64,000 nt of DNA. Source: Caecitellus pseudoparvulus (Eukaryota > Protista > Bigyra: Bicosoecida). The stretch lies in the NCBI GenBank assembly GCA_965644315.1, contig CBFFRQ010000180.1:48612-112611 (forward strand), read 5' to 3'. Each line of letters begins with the position of its first letter. Within the stretch, counting starts at the first letter, position 1. Shown here piece by piece: positions 43,350-55,300 of the stretch. The notes under the pieces were generated by a model, which was not told the DNA's origin, made no database searches, and saw nothing but the letters and a program-made list of their open reading frames with translations. The position numbers and the translations under genes were made by a program.

Positions 43350-46300
43350 ATGCGGCAAGGCAGATGTACTTCGTGGGCTTTCGCCCTCGTGGCGTTTCTT
43401 CTTCTTGTGCCGCATGGCTCCACCACTCACGAGGGTAGAGACCAACTACAGAAAGTCCTGACAAACCATGCAAGGGCTGCAAAGCAAAAACATGCTAAGC
43501 CCCTGCCGAAGGATTCTTGGATCGAAAACATTGACGACGATCTTGCCCTTCAACAACGAAGCCTTGGTGAGCAGGCTTCACCGACGAGCTCTCCACTTCC
43601 AACTGTAACTGCCAGTGTGAGTGGTACGGCGACGGCCAGTGCGAGTGGGACGGCGTCTGGCACGGTGTCGGGCACGGCGAGCGTGAGCGGGAGCCCGAGT
43701 GTGTCGGGCACGCCCAGTGTGAGCGGTACGGCGACGGCCAGTGCGAGTGGGACGGCGTCTGGCACGGTGTCGGGCACGGCGAGCGTGAGCGGGAGCCCGA
43801 GTGTGTCGGGCACGCCCAGTGTGAGCGGCACGGCGACGGCCAGTGCGAGTGGGACGGCGTCTGGCACGGTGTCGGGCACGGCGAGCGTGAGCGGGAGCCC
43901 GAGTGTGTCGGGCACGCCCAGTGTGAGCGGTACGGCGACGGCCAGTGCGAGTGGGACGGCGTCTGGCACGGTGTCGGGCACGGCGAGCGTGAGCGGGAGC
44001 CCGAGTGTGTCGGGCACGCCCAGTGTGAGCGGTACGGCGACGGCCAGTGCGAGTGGGACGGCGTCTGGCACGGTGTCGGGCACGGCGAGCGTGAGCGGGA
44101 GCCCGAGTGTGTCGGGCACGCCCAGTGTGAGCGGTACGGCGACGGCCAGTGCGAGTGGGACGGCGTCTGGCACGGTGTCGGGCACGGCGAGCGTGAGCGG
44201 GAGCCCGAGTGTGTCGGGCACGCCCAGTGTGAGCGGTACGGCGACGACGAGCGTGAGCGGGAGCCCGAGTGTGTCGGGCACGCCCAGTGTGAGCGGTACG
44301 GCGACGGCCAGTGCGAGTGGGACGGCGTCTGGCACGGTGTCGGGCACGGCGAGCGTGAGCGGGAGCCCGAGTGTGTCGGGCACGCCCAGTGTGAGCGGTA
44401 CGGCGACGACGAGCGTGAGCGGGAGCCCGAGTGTGTCGGGCACGCCCAGTGTGAGCGGTACGGCGACGGCCAGTGCGAGTGGGACGGCGTCTGGCACGGT
44501 GTCGGGCACGGCGAGCGTGAGCGGGAGCCCGAGTGTGTCGGGCACGCCCAGTGTGAGCGGTACGGCGACGGCCAGTGCGAGTGGGACGGCGTCTGGCACG
44601 GTGTCGGGCACGGCGAGCGTGAGCGGGAGCCCGAGTGTGTCGGGCACGCCCAGTGTGAGCGGTACGGCGACGGCCAGTGCGAGTGGGACGGCGTCTGGCA
44701 CGGTGTCGGGCACGGCGAGCGTGAGCGGGAGCCCGAGTGTGTCGGGCACGCCCAGTGTGAGCGGTACGGCGACGGCCAGTGCGAGTGGGACGGCGTCTGG
44801 CACGGTGTCGGGCACGGCGAGCGTGAGCGGGAGCCCGAGTGTGTCGGGCACGCCCAGTGTGAGCGGTACGGCGACGGCGAGCGTGAGCGGGAGCCCGAGT
44901 GTGTCGGGCACGCCCAGTGTGAGCGGTACGGCGACGGCCAGTGCGAGTGGGACGGCGTCTGGTACGGTGTCGGGCACGGCGAGCGTGAGCGGGAGCCCGA
45001 GTGTGTCGGGCACGCCCAGTGTGAGCGGTACGGCGACGGCCAGTGCGAGTGGGACGGCGTCTGGCACGGTGTCGGGCACGGCGAGCGTGAGCGGGAGCCC
45101 GAGTGTGTCGGGCACGCCCAGTGTGAGCGGTACGGCGACGGCCAGTGCGAGTGGGACGGCGTCTGGCACGGTGTCGGGCACGGCGAGCGTGAGCGGGAGC
45201 CCGAGTGTGTCGGGCACGCCCAGTGTGAGCGGTACGGCGACGGCCAGTGCGAGTGGGACGGCGTCTGGCACGGTGTCGGGCACGGCGAGCGTGAGCGGGA
45301 GCCCGAGTGTGTCGGGCACGCCCAGTGTGAGCGGTACGGCGACGGCCAGTGCGAGTGGGACGGCGTCTGGCACGGTGTCGGGCACGGCGAGCGTGAGCGG
45401 GAGCCCGAGTGTGTCGGGCACGCCCAGTGTGAGCGGTACGGCGACGGCCAGTGCGAGTGGGACGGCGTCTGGCACGGTGTCGGGCACGGCGAGCGTGAGC
45501 GGGAGCCCGAGTGTGTCGGGCACGCCCAGTGTGAGCGGTACGGCGACGGCCAGTGCGAGTGGGACGGCGTCTGGCACGGTGTCGGGCACGGCGAGCGTGA
45601 GCGGGAGCCCGAGTGTGTCGGGCACGCCCAGTGTGAGCGGTACGGCGACGACGAGCGTGAGCGGGAGCCCGAGTGTGTCGGGCACGCCCAGTGTGAGCGG
45701 TACGGCGACGGCCAGTGCGAGTGGGACGGCGTCTGGCACGGTGTCGGGCACGGCGAGCGTGAGCGGGAGCCCGAGTGTGTCGGGCACGCCCAGTGTGAGC
45801 GGTACGGCGACGGCCAGTGCGAGTGGGACGGCGTCTGGCACGGTGTCGGGCACGGCGAGCGTGAGCGGGAGCCCGAGTGTGTCGGGCACGCCCAGTGTGA
45901 GCGGTACGGCGACGGCGAGCGTGAGCGGGAGCCCGAGTGTGTCGGGCACGCCCAGTGTGAGCGGTACGGCGACGGCCAGTGCGAGTGGGACGGCGTCTGG
46001 TACGGTGTCGGGCACGGCGAGCGTGAGCGGGAGCCCGAGTGTGTCGGGCACGCCCAGTGTGAGCGGTACGGCGACGGCCAGTGCGAGTGGGACGGCGTCT
46101 GGCACGGTGTCGGGCACGGCGAGCGTGAGCGGGAGCCCGAGTGTGTCGGGCACGCCCAGTGTGAGCGGTACGGCGACGACGAGCGTGAGCGGGAGCCCGA
46201 GTGTGTCGGGCACGCCCAGTGTGAGCGGTACGGCGACGGCCAGTGCGAGTGGGACGGCGTCTGGCACGGTGTCGGGCACGGCGAGCGTGAGCGGGAGCCC

Positions 46301-49300
46301 GAGTGTGTCGGGCACGCCCAGTGTGAGCGGTACGGCGACGGCCAGTGCGAGTGGGACGGCGTCTGGCACGGTGTCGGGCACGGCGAGCGTGAGCGGGAGC
46401 CCGAGTGTGTCGGGCACGCCCAGTGTGAGCGGTACGGCGACGGCCAGTGCGAGTGGGACGGCGTCTGGCACGGTGTCGGGCACGGCGAGCGTGAGCGGGA
46501 GCCCGAGTGTGTCGGGCACGCCCAGTGTGAGCGGTACGGCGACGGCGAGCGTGAGCGGGAGCCCGAGTGTGTCGGGCACGCCCAGTGTGAGCGGTACGGC
46601 GACGGCCAGTGCGAGTGGGACGGCGTCTGGTACGGTGTCGGGCACGGCGAGCGTGAGCGGGAGCCCGAGTGTGTCGGGCACGCCCAGTGTGAGCGGTACG
46701 GCGACGGCCAGTGCGAGTGGGACGGCGTCTGGCACGGTGTCGGGCACGGCGAGCGTGAGCGGGAGCCCGAGTGTGTCGGGCACGCCCAGTGTGAGCGGTA
46801 CGGCGACGGCCAGTGCGAGTGGGACGGCGTCTGGCACGGTGTCGGGCACGGCGAGCGTGAGCGGGAGCCCGAGTGTGTCGGGCACGCCCAGTGTGAGCGG
46901 TACGGCGACGGCCAGTGCGAGTGGGACGGCGTCTGGCACGGTGTCGGGCACGGCGAGCGTGAGCGGGAGCCCGAGTGTGTCGGGCACGCCCAGTGTGAGC
47001 GGTACGGCGACGGCCAGTGCGAGTGGGACGGCGTCTGGCACGGTGTCGGGCACGGCGAGCGTGAGCGGGAGCCCGAGTGTGTCGGGCACGCCCAGTGTGA
47101 GCGGTACGGCGACGGCGAGCGTGAGCGGGAGCCCGAGTGTGTCGGGCACGCCCAGTGTGAGCGGTACGGCGACGGCGAGTGCGAGTGGGACGGCGTCTGG
47201 CACGGTGTCGGGCACGGCGAGCGTGAGCGGGAGCCCGAGTGTGTCGGGCACGCCCAGTGTGAGCGGTACGGCGACGGCCAGTGCGAGTGGGACGGCGTCT
47301 GGCACGGTGTCGGGCACGGCGAGCGTGAGCGGGAGCCCGAGTGTGTCGGGCACGCCCAGTGTGAGCGGTGAGCGGCGACGCCCGAGTGTGTCGGGCACGC
47401 CCAGTGTGGCAGCGGTACGGCGACGACGAGCGTGAGCGGGAGCCCGAGTGTGTCGGGCACGCCCAGTGTGAGCGGTACGGCGACGGCCAGTGCGAGTGGG
47501 ACGGCGTCTGGCACGGTGTCGGGCACGGCGAGCGTGAGCGGGAGCCCGAGTGTGTCGGGCACGCCCAGTGTGAGCGGTACGGCGACGGCCAGTGCGAGTG
47601 GGACGGCGTCTGGCACGGTGTCGGGCACGGCGAGCGTGAGCGGGAGCCCGAGTGTGTCGGGCACGCCCAGTGTGAGCGGTACGGCGACGGCCAGTGCGAG
47701 TGGGACGGCGTCTGGCACGGTGTCGGGCACGGCGAGCGTGAGCGGGAGCCCGAGTGTGTCGGGCACGCCCAGTGTGAGCGGTACGGCGACGGCCAGTGCG
47801 AGTGGGACGGCGTCTGGCACGGTGTCGGGCACGGCGAGCGTGAGCGGGAGCCCGAGTGTGTCGGGCACGCCCAGTGTGAGCGGTACGGCGACGACGAGCG
47901 TGAGCGGGAGCCCGAGTGTGTCGGGCACGCCCAGTGTGAGCGGTACGGCGACGGCCAGTGCGAGTGGGACGGCGTCTGGCACGGTGTCGGGCACGGCGAG
48001 CGTGAGCGGGAGCCCGAGTGTGTCGGGCACGCCCAGTGTGAGCGGTACGGCGACGGCCAGTGCGAGTGGGACGGCGTCTGGCACGGTGTCGGGCACGGCG
48101 AGCGTGAGCGGGAGCCCGAGTGTGTCGGGCACGCCCAGTGTGAGCGGTGAGCGGCGACGGCCGAGTGCGAGTCGGGCACGCGCAGTCTGGCAGCGGTGTC
48201 GGGCGACGACGAGCGTGAGCGGGAGCCCGAGTGTGTCGGGCACGCCCAGTGTGAGCGGTACGGCGACGGCCAGTGCGAGTGGGACGGCGTCTGGCACGGT
48301 GTCGGGCACGGCGAGCGTGAGCGGGAGCCCGAGTGTGTCGGGCACGCCCAGTGTGAGCGGTACGGCGACGGCCAGTGCGAGTGGGACGGCGTCTGGCACG
48401 GTGTCGGGCACGGCGAGCGTGAGCGGGAGCCCGAGTGTGTCGGGCACGCCCAGTGTGAGCGGTACGGCGACGGCCAGTGCGAGTGGGACGGCGTCTGGCA
48501 CGGTGTCGGGCACGGCGAGCGTGAGCGGGAGCCCGAGTGTGTCGGGCACGCCCAGTGTGAGCGGTACGGCGACGGCCAGTGCGAGTGGGACGGCGTCTGG
48601 CACGGTGTCGGGCACGGCGAGCGTGAGCGGGAGCCCGAGTGTGTCGGGCACGCCCAGTGTGAGCGGTACGGCGACGGCGAGCGTGAGCGGGAGCCCGAGT
48701 GTGTCGGGCACGCCCAGTGTGAGCGGTACGGCGACGACGAGTGCGAGTGGGACGGCGTCTGGCACGGTGTCGGGCACGGCGAGCGTGAGCGGGAGCCCGA
48801 GTGTGTCGGGCACGCCCAGTGTGAGCGGTACGGCGACGGCCAGTGCGAGTGGGACGGCGTCTGGCACGGTGTCGGGCACGGCGAGCGTGAGCGGGAGCCC
48901 GAGTGTGTCGGGCACGCCCAGTGTGAGCGGTGAGCGGCGACGCCCGAGTGTAGTCGGGCACGCCCAGTGTGGCAGCGGTATCGGGCGACGACGAGCGTGA
49001 GCGGGAGCCCGAGTGTGTCGGGCACGCCCAGTGTGAGCGGTACGGCGACGGCCAGTGCGAGTGGGACGGCGTCTGGCACGGTGTCGGGCACGGCGAGCGT
49101 GAGCGGGAGCCCGAGTGTGTCGGGCACGCCCAGTGTGAGCGGTACGGCGACGGCCAGTGCGAGTGGGACGGCGTCTGGCACGGTGTCGGGCACGGCGAGC
49201 GTGAGCGGGAGCCCGAGTGTGTCGGGCACGCCCAGTGTGAGCGGTACGGCGACGGCCAGTGCGAGTGGGACGGCGTCTGGCACGGTGTCGGGCACGGCGA

Positions 49301-52300
49301 GCGTGAGCGGGAGCCCGAGTGTGTCGGGCACGCCCAGTGTGAGCGGTACGGCGACGGCCAGTGCGAGTGGGACGGCGTCTGGCACGGTGTCGGGCACGGC
49401 GAGCGTGAGCGGGAGCCCGAGTGTGTCGGGCACGCCCAGTGTGAGCGGTACGGCGACGACGAGCGTGAGCGGGAGCCCGAGTGTGTCGGGCACGCCCAGT
49501 GTGAGCGGTACGGCGACGGCCAGTGCGAGTGGGACGGCGTCTGGCACGGTGTCGGGCACGGCGAGCGTGAGCGGGAGCCCGAGTGTGTCGGGCACGCCCA
49601 GTGTGAGCGGTACGGCGACGGCCAGTGCGAGTGGGACGGCGTCTGGCACGGTGTCGGGCACGGCGAGCGTGAGCGGGAGCCCGAGTGTGTCGGGCACGCC
49701 CAGTGTGAGCGGTGAGCGGCGAGCGGCCGAGTGCGAGTCGGGCACGGCCCAGTCGTGGCAGCGGTGTCGGGCGACGGCGAGCGTGAGCGGGAGCCCGAGT
49801 GTGTCGGGCACGCCCAGTGTGAGCGGTACGGCGACGGCCAGTGCGAGTGGGACGGCGTCTGGCACGGTGTCGGGCACGGCGAGCGTGAGCGGGAGCCCGA
49901 GTGTGTCGGGCACGCCCAGTGTGAGCGGTACGGCGACGGCCAGTGCGAGTGGGACGGCGTCTGGCACGGTGTCGGGCACGGCGAGCGTGAGCGGGAGCCC
50001 GAGTGTGTCGGGCACGCCCAGTGTGAGCGGACGGGACGGCCAGTGTGTGGGACGGCGTGTGGACGGTACGGCACGGCGAGCGTGAGCGGGAGCCCGAGTG
50101 TGTCGGGCACGCCCAGTGTGAGCGGTACGGCGACGGCCAGTGCGAGTGGGACGGCGTCTGGCACGGTGTCGGGCACGGCGAGCGTGAGCGGGAGCCCGAG
50201 TGTGTCGGGCACGCCCAGTGTGAGCGGTACGGCGACGGCCAGTGCGAGTGGGACGGCGTCTGGCACGGTGTCGGGCACGGCGAGCGTGAGCGGGAGCCCG
50301 AGTGTGTCGGGCACGCCCAGTGTGAGCGGTACGGCGACGGCCAGTGCGAGTGGGACGGCGTCTGGCACGGTGTCGGGCACGGCGAGCGTGAGCGGGAGCC
50401 CGAGTGTGTCGGGCACGCCCAGTGTGAGCGGTACGGCGACGGCCAGTGCGAGTGGGACGGCGTCTGGCACGGTGTCGGGCACGGCGAGCGTGAGCGGGAG
50501 CCCGAGTGTGTCGGGCACGCCCAGTGTGAGCGGTACGGCGACGGCCAGTGCGAGTGGGACGGCGTCTGGCACGGTGTCGGGCACGGCGAGCGTGAGCGGG
50601 AGCCCGAGTGTGTCGGGCACGCCCAGTGTGAGCGGTACGGCGACGGCGAGCGTGAGCGGGAGCCCGAGTGTGTCGGGCACGCCCAGTGTGAGCGGTACGG
50701 CGACGGCCAGTGCGAGTGGGACGGCGTCTGGCACGGTGTCGGGCACGGCGAGCGTGAGCGGGAGCCCGAGTGTGTCGGGCACGCCCAGTGTGAGCGGTAC
50801 GGCGACGGCCAGTGCGAGTGGGACGGCGTCTGGCACGGTGTCGGGCACGGCGAGCGTGAGCGGGAGCCCGAGTGTGTCGGGCACGCCCAGTGTGAGCGGT
50901 ACGGCGACGGCCAGTGCGAGTGGGACGGCGTCTGGCACGGTGTCGGGCACGGCGAGCGTGAGCGGGAGCCCGAGTGTGTCGGGCACGCCCAGTGTGAGCG
51001 GTACGGCGACGGCCAGTGCGAGTGGGACGGCGTCTGGCACGGTGTCGGGCACGGCGAGCGTGAGCGGGAGCCCGAGTGTGTCGGGCACGCCCAGTGTGAG
51101 CGGTACGGCGACGGCCAGTGCGAGTGGGACGGCGTCTGGCACGGTGTCGGGCACGGCGAGCGTGAGCGGGAGCCCGAGTGTGTCGGGCACGCCCAGTGTG
51201 AGCGGTACGGCGACGGCGAGCGTGAGCGGGAGCCCGAGTGTGTCGGGCACGCCCAGCGTGAGCGGTACGGCGACGGCCAGTGCGAGTGGGACGGCGTCTG
51301 GCACGGTGTCGGGCACGGCGAGCGTGAGCGGGAGCCCGAGTGTGTCGGGCACGCCCAGTGTGAGCGGTACGGCGACGGCCAGTGCGAGTGGGACGGCGTC
51401 TGGCACGGTGTCGGGCACGGCGAGCGTGAGCGGGAGCCCGAGTGTGTCGGGCACGCCCAGTGTGAGCGGTACGGCGACGACGAGCGTGAGCGGGAGCCCG
51501 AGTGTGTCGGGCACGCCCAGTGTGAGCGGTACGGCGACGGCCAGTGCGAGTGGGACGGCGTCTGGCACGGTGTCGGGCACGGCGAGCGTGAGCGGGAGCC
51601 CGAGTGTGTCGGGCACGCCCAGTGTGAGCGGTACGGCGACGGCCAGTGCGAGTGGGACGGCGTCTGGCACGGTGTCGGGCACGGCGAGCGTGAGCGGGAG
51701 CCCGAGTGTGTCGGGCACGCCCAGTGTGAGCGGTACGGCGACGACGAGCGTGAGCGGGAGCCCGAGTGTGTCGGGCACGCCCAGTGTGAGCGGTACGGCG
51801 ACGGCCAGTGCGAGTGGGACGGCGTCTGGCACGGTGTCGGGCACGGCGAGCGTGAGCGGGAGCCCGAGTGTGTCGGGCACGCCCAGTGTGAGCGGTACGG
51901 CGACGGCCAGTGCGAGTGGGACGGCGTCTGGCACGGTGTCGGGCACGGCGAGCGTGAGCGGGAGCCCGAGTGTGTCGGGCACGCCCAGTGTGAGCGGTAC
52001 GGCGACGGCCAGTGCGAGTGGGACGGCGTCTGGCACGGTGTCGGGCACGGCGAGCGTGAGCGGGAGCCCGAGTGTGTCGGGCACGCCCAGTGTGAGCGGT
52101 ACGGCGACGACGAGCGTGAGCGGGAGCCCGAGTGTGTCGGGCACGCCCAGTGTGAGCGGTACGGCGACGGCCAGTGCGAGTGGGACGGCGTCTGGCACGG
52201 TGTCGGGCACGGCGAGCGTGAGCGGGAGCCCGAGTGTGTCGGGCACGCCCAGTGTGAGCGGTACGGCGACGGCGAGCGTGAGCGGGAGCCCGAGTGTGTC

Positions 52301-55300
52301 GGGCACGCCCAGTGTGAGCGGTACGGCGACGGCCAGTGCGAGTGGGACGGCGTCTGGCACGGTGTCGGGCACGGCGAGCGTGAGCGGGAGCCCGAGTGTG
52401 TCGGGCACGCCCAGTGTGAGCGGTACGGCGACGGCCAGTGCGAGTGGGACGGCGTCTGGCACGGTGTCGGGCACGGCGAGCGTGAGCGGGAGCCCGAGTG
52501 TGTCGGGCACGCCCAGTGTGAGCGGTACGGCGACGGCCAGTGCGAGTGGGACGGCGTCTGGCACGGTGTCGGGCACGGCGAGCGTGAGCGGGAGCCCGAG
52601 TGTGTCGGGCACGCCCAGTGTGAGCGGTACGGCGACGGCCAGTGCGAGTGGGACGGCGTCTGGCACGGTGTCGGGCACGGCGAGCGTGAGCGGGAGCCCG
52701 AGTGTGTCGGGCACGCCCAGTGTGAGCGGTACGGCGACGGCCAGTGCGAGTGGGACGGCGTCTGGCACGGTGTCGGGCACGGCGAGCGTGAGCGGGAGCC
52801 CGAGTGTGTCGGGCACGCCCAGTGTGAGCGGTACGGCGACGGCCAGTGCGAGTGGGACGGCGTCTGGCACGGTGTCGGGCACGGCGAGCGTGAGCGGGAG
52901 CCCGAGTGTGTCGGGCACGCCCAGTGTGAGCGGTACGGCGACGACGAGCGTGAGCGGGAGCCCGAGTGTGTCGGGCACGCCCAGTGTGAGCGGTACGGCG
53001 ACGGCCAGTGCGAGTGGGACGGCGTCTGGCACGGTGTCGGGCACGGCGAGCGTGAGCGGGAGCCCGAGTGTGTCGGGCACGCCCAGTGTGAGCGGTACGG
53101 CGACGGCCAGTGCGAGTGGGACGGCGTCTGGCACGGTGTCGGGCACGGCGAGCGTGAGCGGGAGCCCGAGTGTGTCGGGCACGCCCAGTGTGAGCGGTAC
53201 GGCGACGGCCAGTGCGAGTGGGACGGCGTCTGGCACGGTGTCGGGCACGGCGAGCGTGAGCGGGAGCCCGAGTGTGTCGGGCACGCCCAGTGTGAGCGGT
53301 ACGGCGACGGCCAGTGCGAGTGGGACGGCGTCTGGCACGGTGTCGGGCACGGCGAGCGTGAGCGGGAGCCCGAGTGTGTCGGGCACGCCCAGTGTGAGCG
53401 GTACGGCGACGGCCAGTGCGAGTGGGACGGCGTCTGGCACGGTGTCGGGCACGGCGAGCGTGAGCGGGAGCCCGAGTGTGTCGGGCACGCCCAGTGTGAG
53501 CGGTACGGCGACGGCGAGCGTGAGCGGGAGCCCGAGTGTGTCGGGCACGCCCAGTGTGAGCGGTACGGCGACGGCCAGTGCGAGTGGGACGGCGTCTGGC
53601 ACGGTGTCGGGCACGGCGAGCGTGAGCGGGAGCCCGAGTGTGTCGGGCACGCCCAGTGTGAGCGGTACGGCGACGGCCAGTGCGAGTGGGACGGCGTCTG
53701 GCACGGTGTCGGGCACGGCGAGCGTGAGCGGGAGCCCGAGTGTGTCGGGCACGCCCAGTGTGAGCGGTACGGCGACGACGAGCGTGAGCGGGAGCCCGAG
53801 TGTGTCGGGCACGCCCAGTGTGAGCGGTACGGCGACGGCCAGTGCGAGTGGGACGGCGTCTGGCACGGTGTCGGGCACGGCGAGCGTGAGCGGGAGCCCG
53901 AGTGTGTCGGGCACGCCCAGTGTGAGCGGTACGGCGACGGCCAGTGCGAGTGGGACGGCGTCTGGCACGGTGTCGGGCACGGCGAGCGTGAGCGGGAGCC
54001 CGAGTGTGTCGGGCACGCCCAGTGTGAGCGGTACGGCGACGGCGAGCGTGAGCGGGAGCCCGAGTGTGTCGGGCACGCCCAGTGTGAGCGGTACGGCGAC
54101 GGCCAGTGCGAGTGGGACGGCGTCTGGCACGGTGTCGGGCACGGCGAGCGTGAGCGGGAGCCCGAGTGTGTCGGGCACGCCCAGTGTGAGCGGTACGGCG
54201 ACGGCCAGTGCGAGTGGGACGGCGTCTGGCACGGTGTCGGGCACGGCGAGCGTGAGCGGGAGCCCGAGTGTGTCGGGCACGCCCAGTGTGAGCGGTACGG
54301 CGACGGCCAGTGCGAGTGGGACGGCGTCTGGCACGGTGTCGGGCACGGCGAGCGTGAGCGGGAGCCCGAGTGTGTCGGGCACGCCCAGTGTGAGCGGTAC
54401 GGCGACGGCCAGTGCGAGTGGGACGGCGTCTGGCACGGTGTCGGGCACGGCGAGCGTGAGCGGGAGCCCGAGTGTGTCGGGCACGCCCAGTGTGAGCGGT
54501 ACGGCGACGGCCAGTGCGAGTGGGACGGCGTCTGGCACGGTGTCGGGCACGGCGAGCGTGAGCGGGAGCCCGAGTGTGTCGGGCACGCCCAGTGTGAGCG
54601 GTACGGCGACGGCGAGCGTGAGCGGGAGCCCGAGTGTGTCGGGCACGCCCAGTGTGAGCGGTACGGCGACGGCCAGTGCGAGTGGGACGGCGTCTGGCAC
54701 GGTGTCGGGCACGGCGAGCGTGAGCGGGAGCCCGAGTGTGTCGGGCACGCCCAGTGTGAGCGGTACGGCGACGGCCAGTGCGAGTGGGACGGCGTCTGGC
54801 ACGGTGTCGGGCACGGCGAGCGTGAGCGGGAGCCCGAGTGTGTCGGGCACGCCCAGTGTGAGCGGTACGGCGACGACGAGCGTGAGCGGGAGCCCGAGTG
54901 TGTCGGGCACGCCCAGTGTGAGCGGTACGGCGACGGCCAGTGCGAGTGGGACGGCGTCTGGCACGGTGTCGGGCACGGCGAGCGTGAGCGGGAGCCCGAG
55001 TGTGTCGGGCACGCCCAGTGTGAGCGGTACGGCGACGGCCAGTGCGAGTGGGACGGCGTCTGGCACGGTGTCGGGCACGGCGAGCGTGAGCGGGAGCCCG
55101 AGTGTGTCGGGCACGCCCAGTGTGAGCGGTACGGCGACGGCCAGTGCGAGTGGGACGGCGTCTGGCACGGTGTCGGGCACGGCGAGCGTGAGCGGGAGCC
55201 CGAGTGTGTCGGGCACGCCCAGTGTGAGCGGTACGGCGACGGCCAGTGCGAGTGGGACGGCGTCTGGCACGGTGTCGGGCACGGCGAGCGTGAGCGGGAG

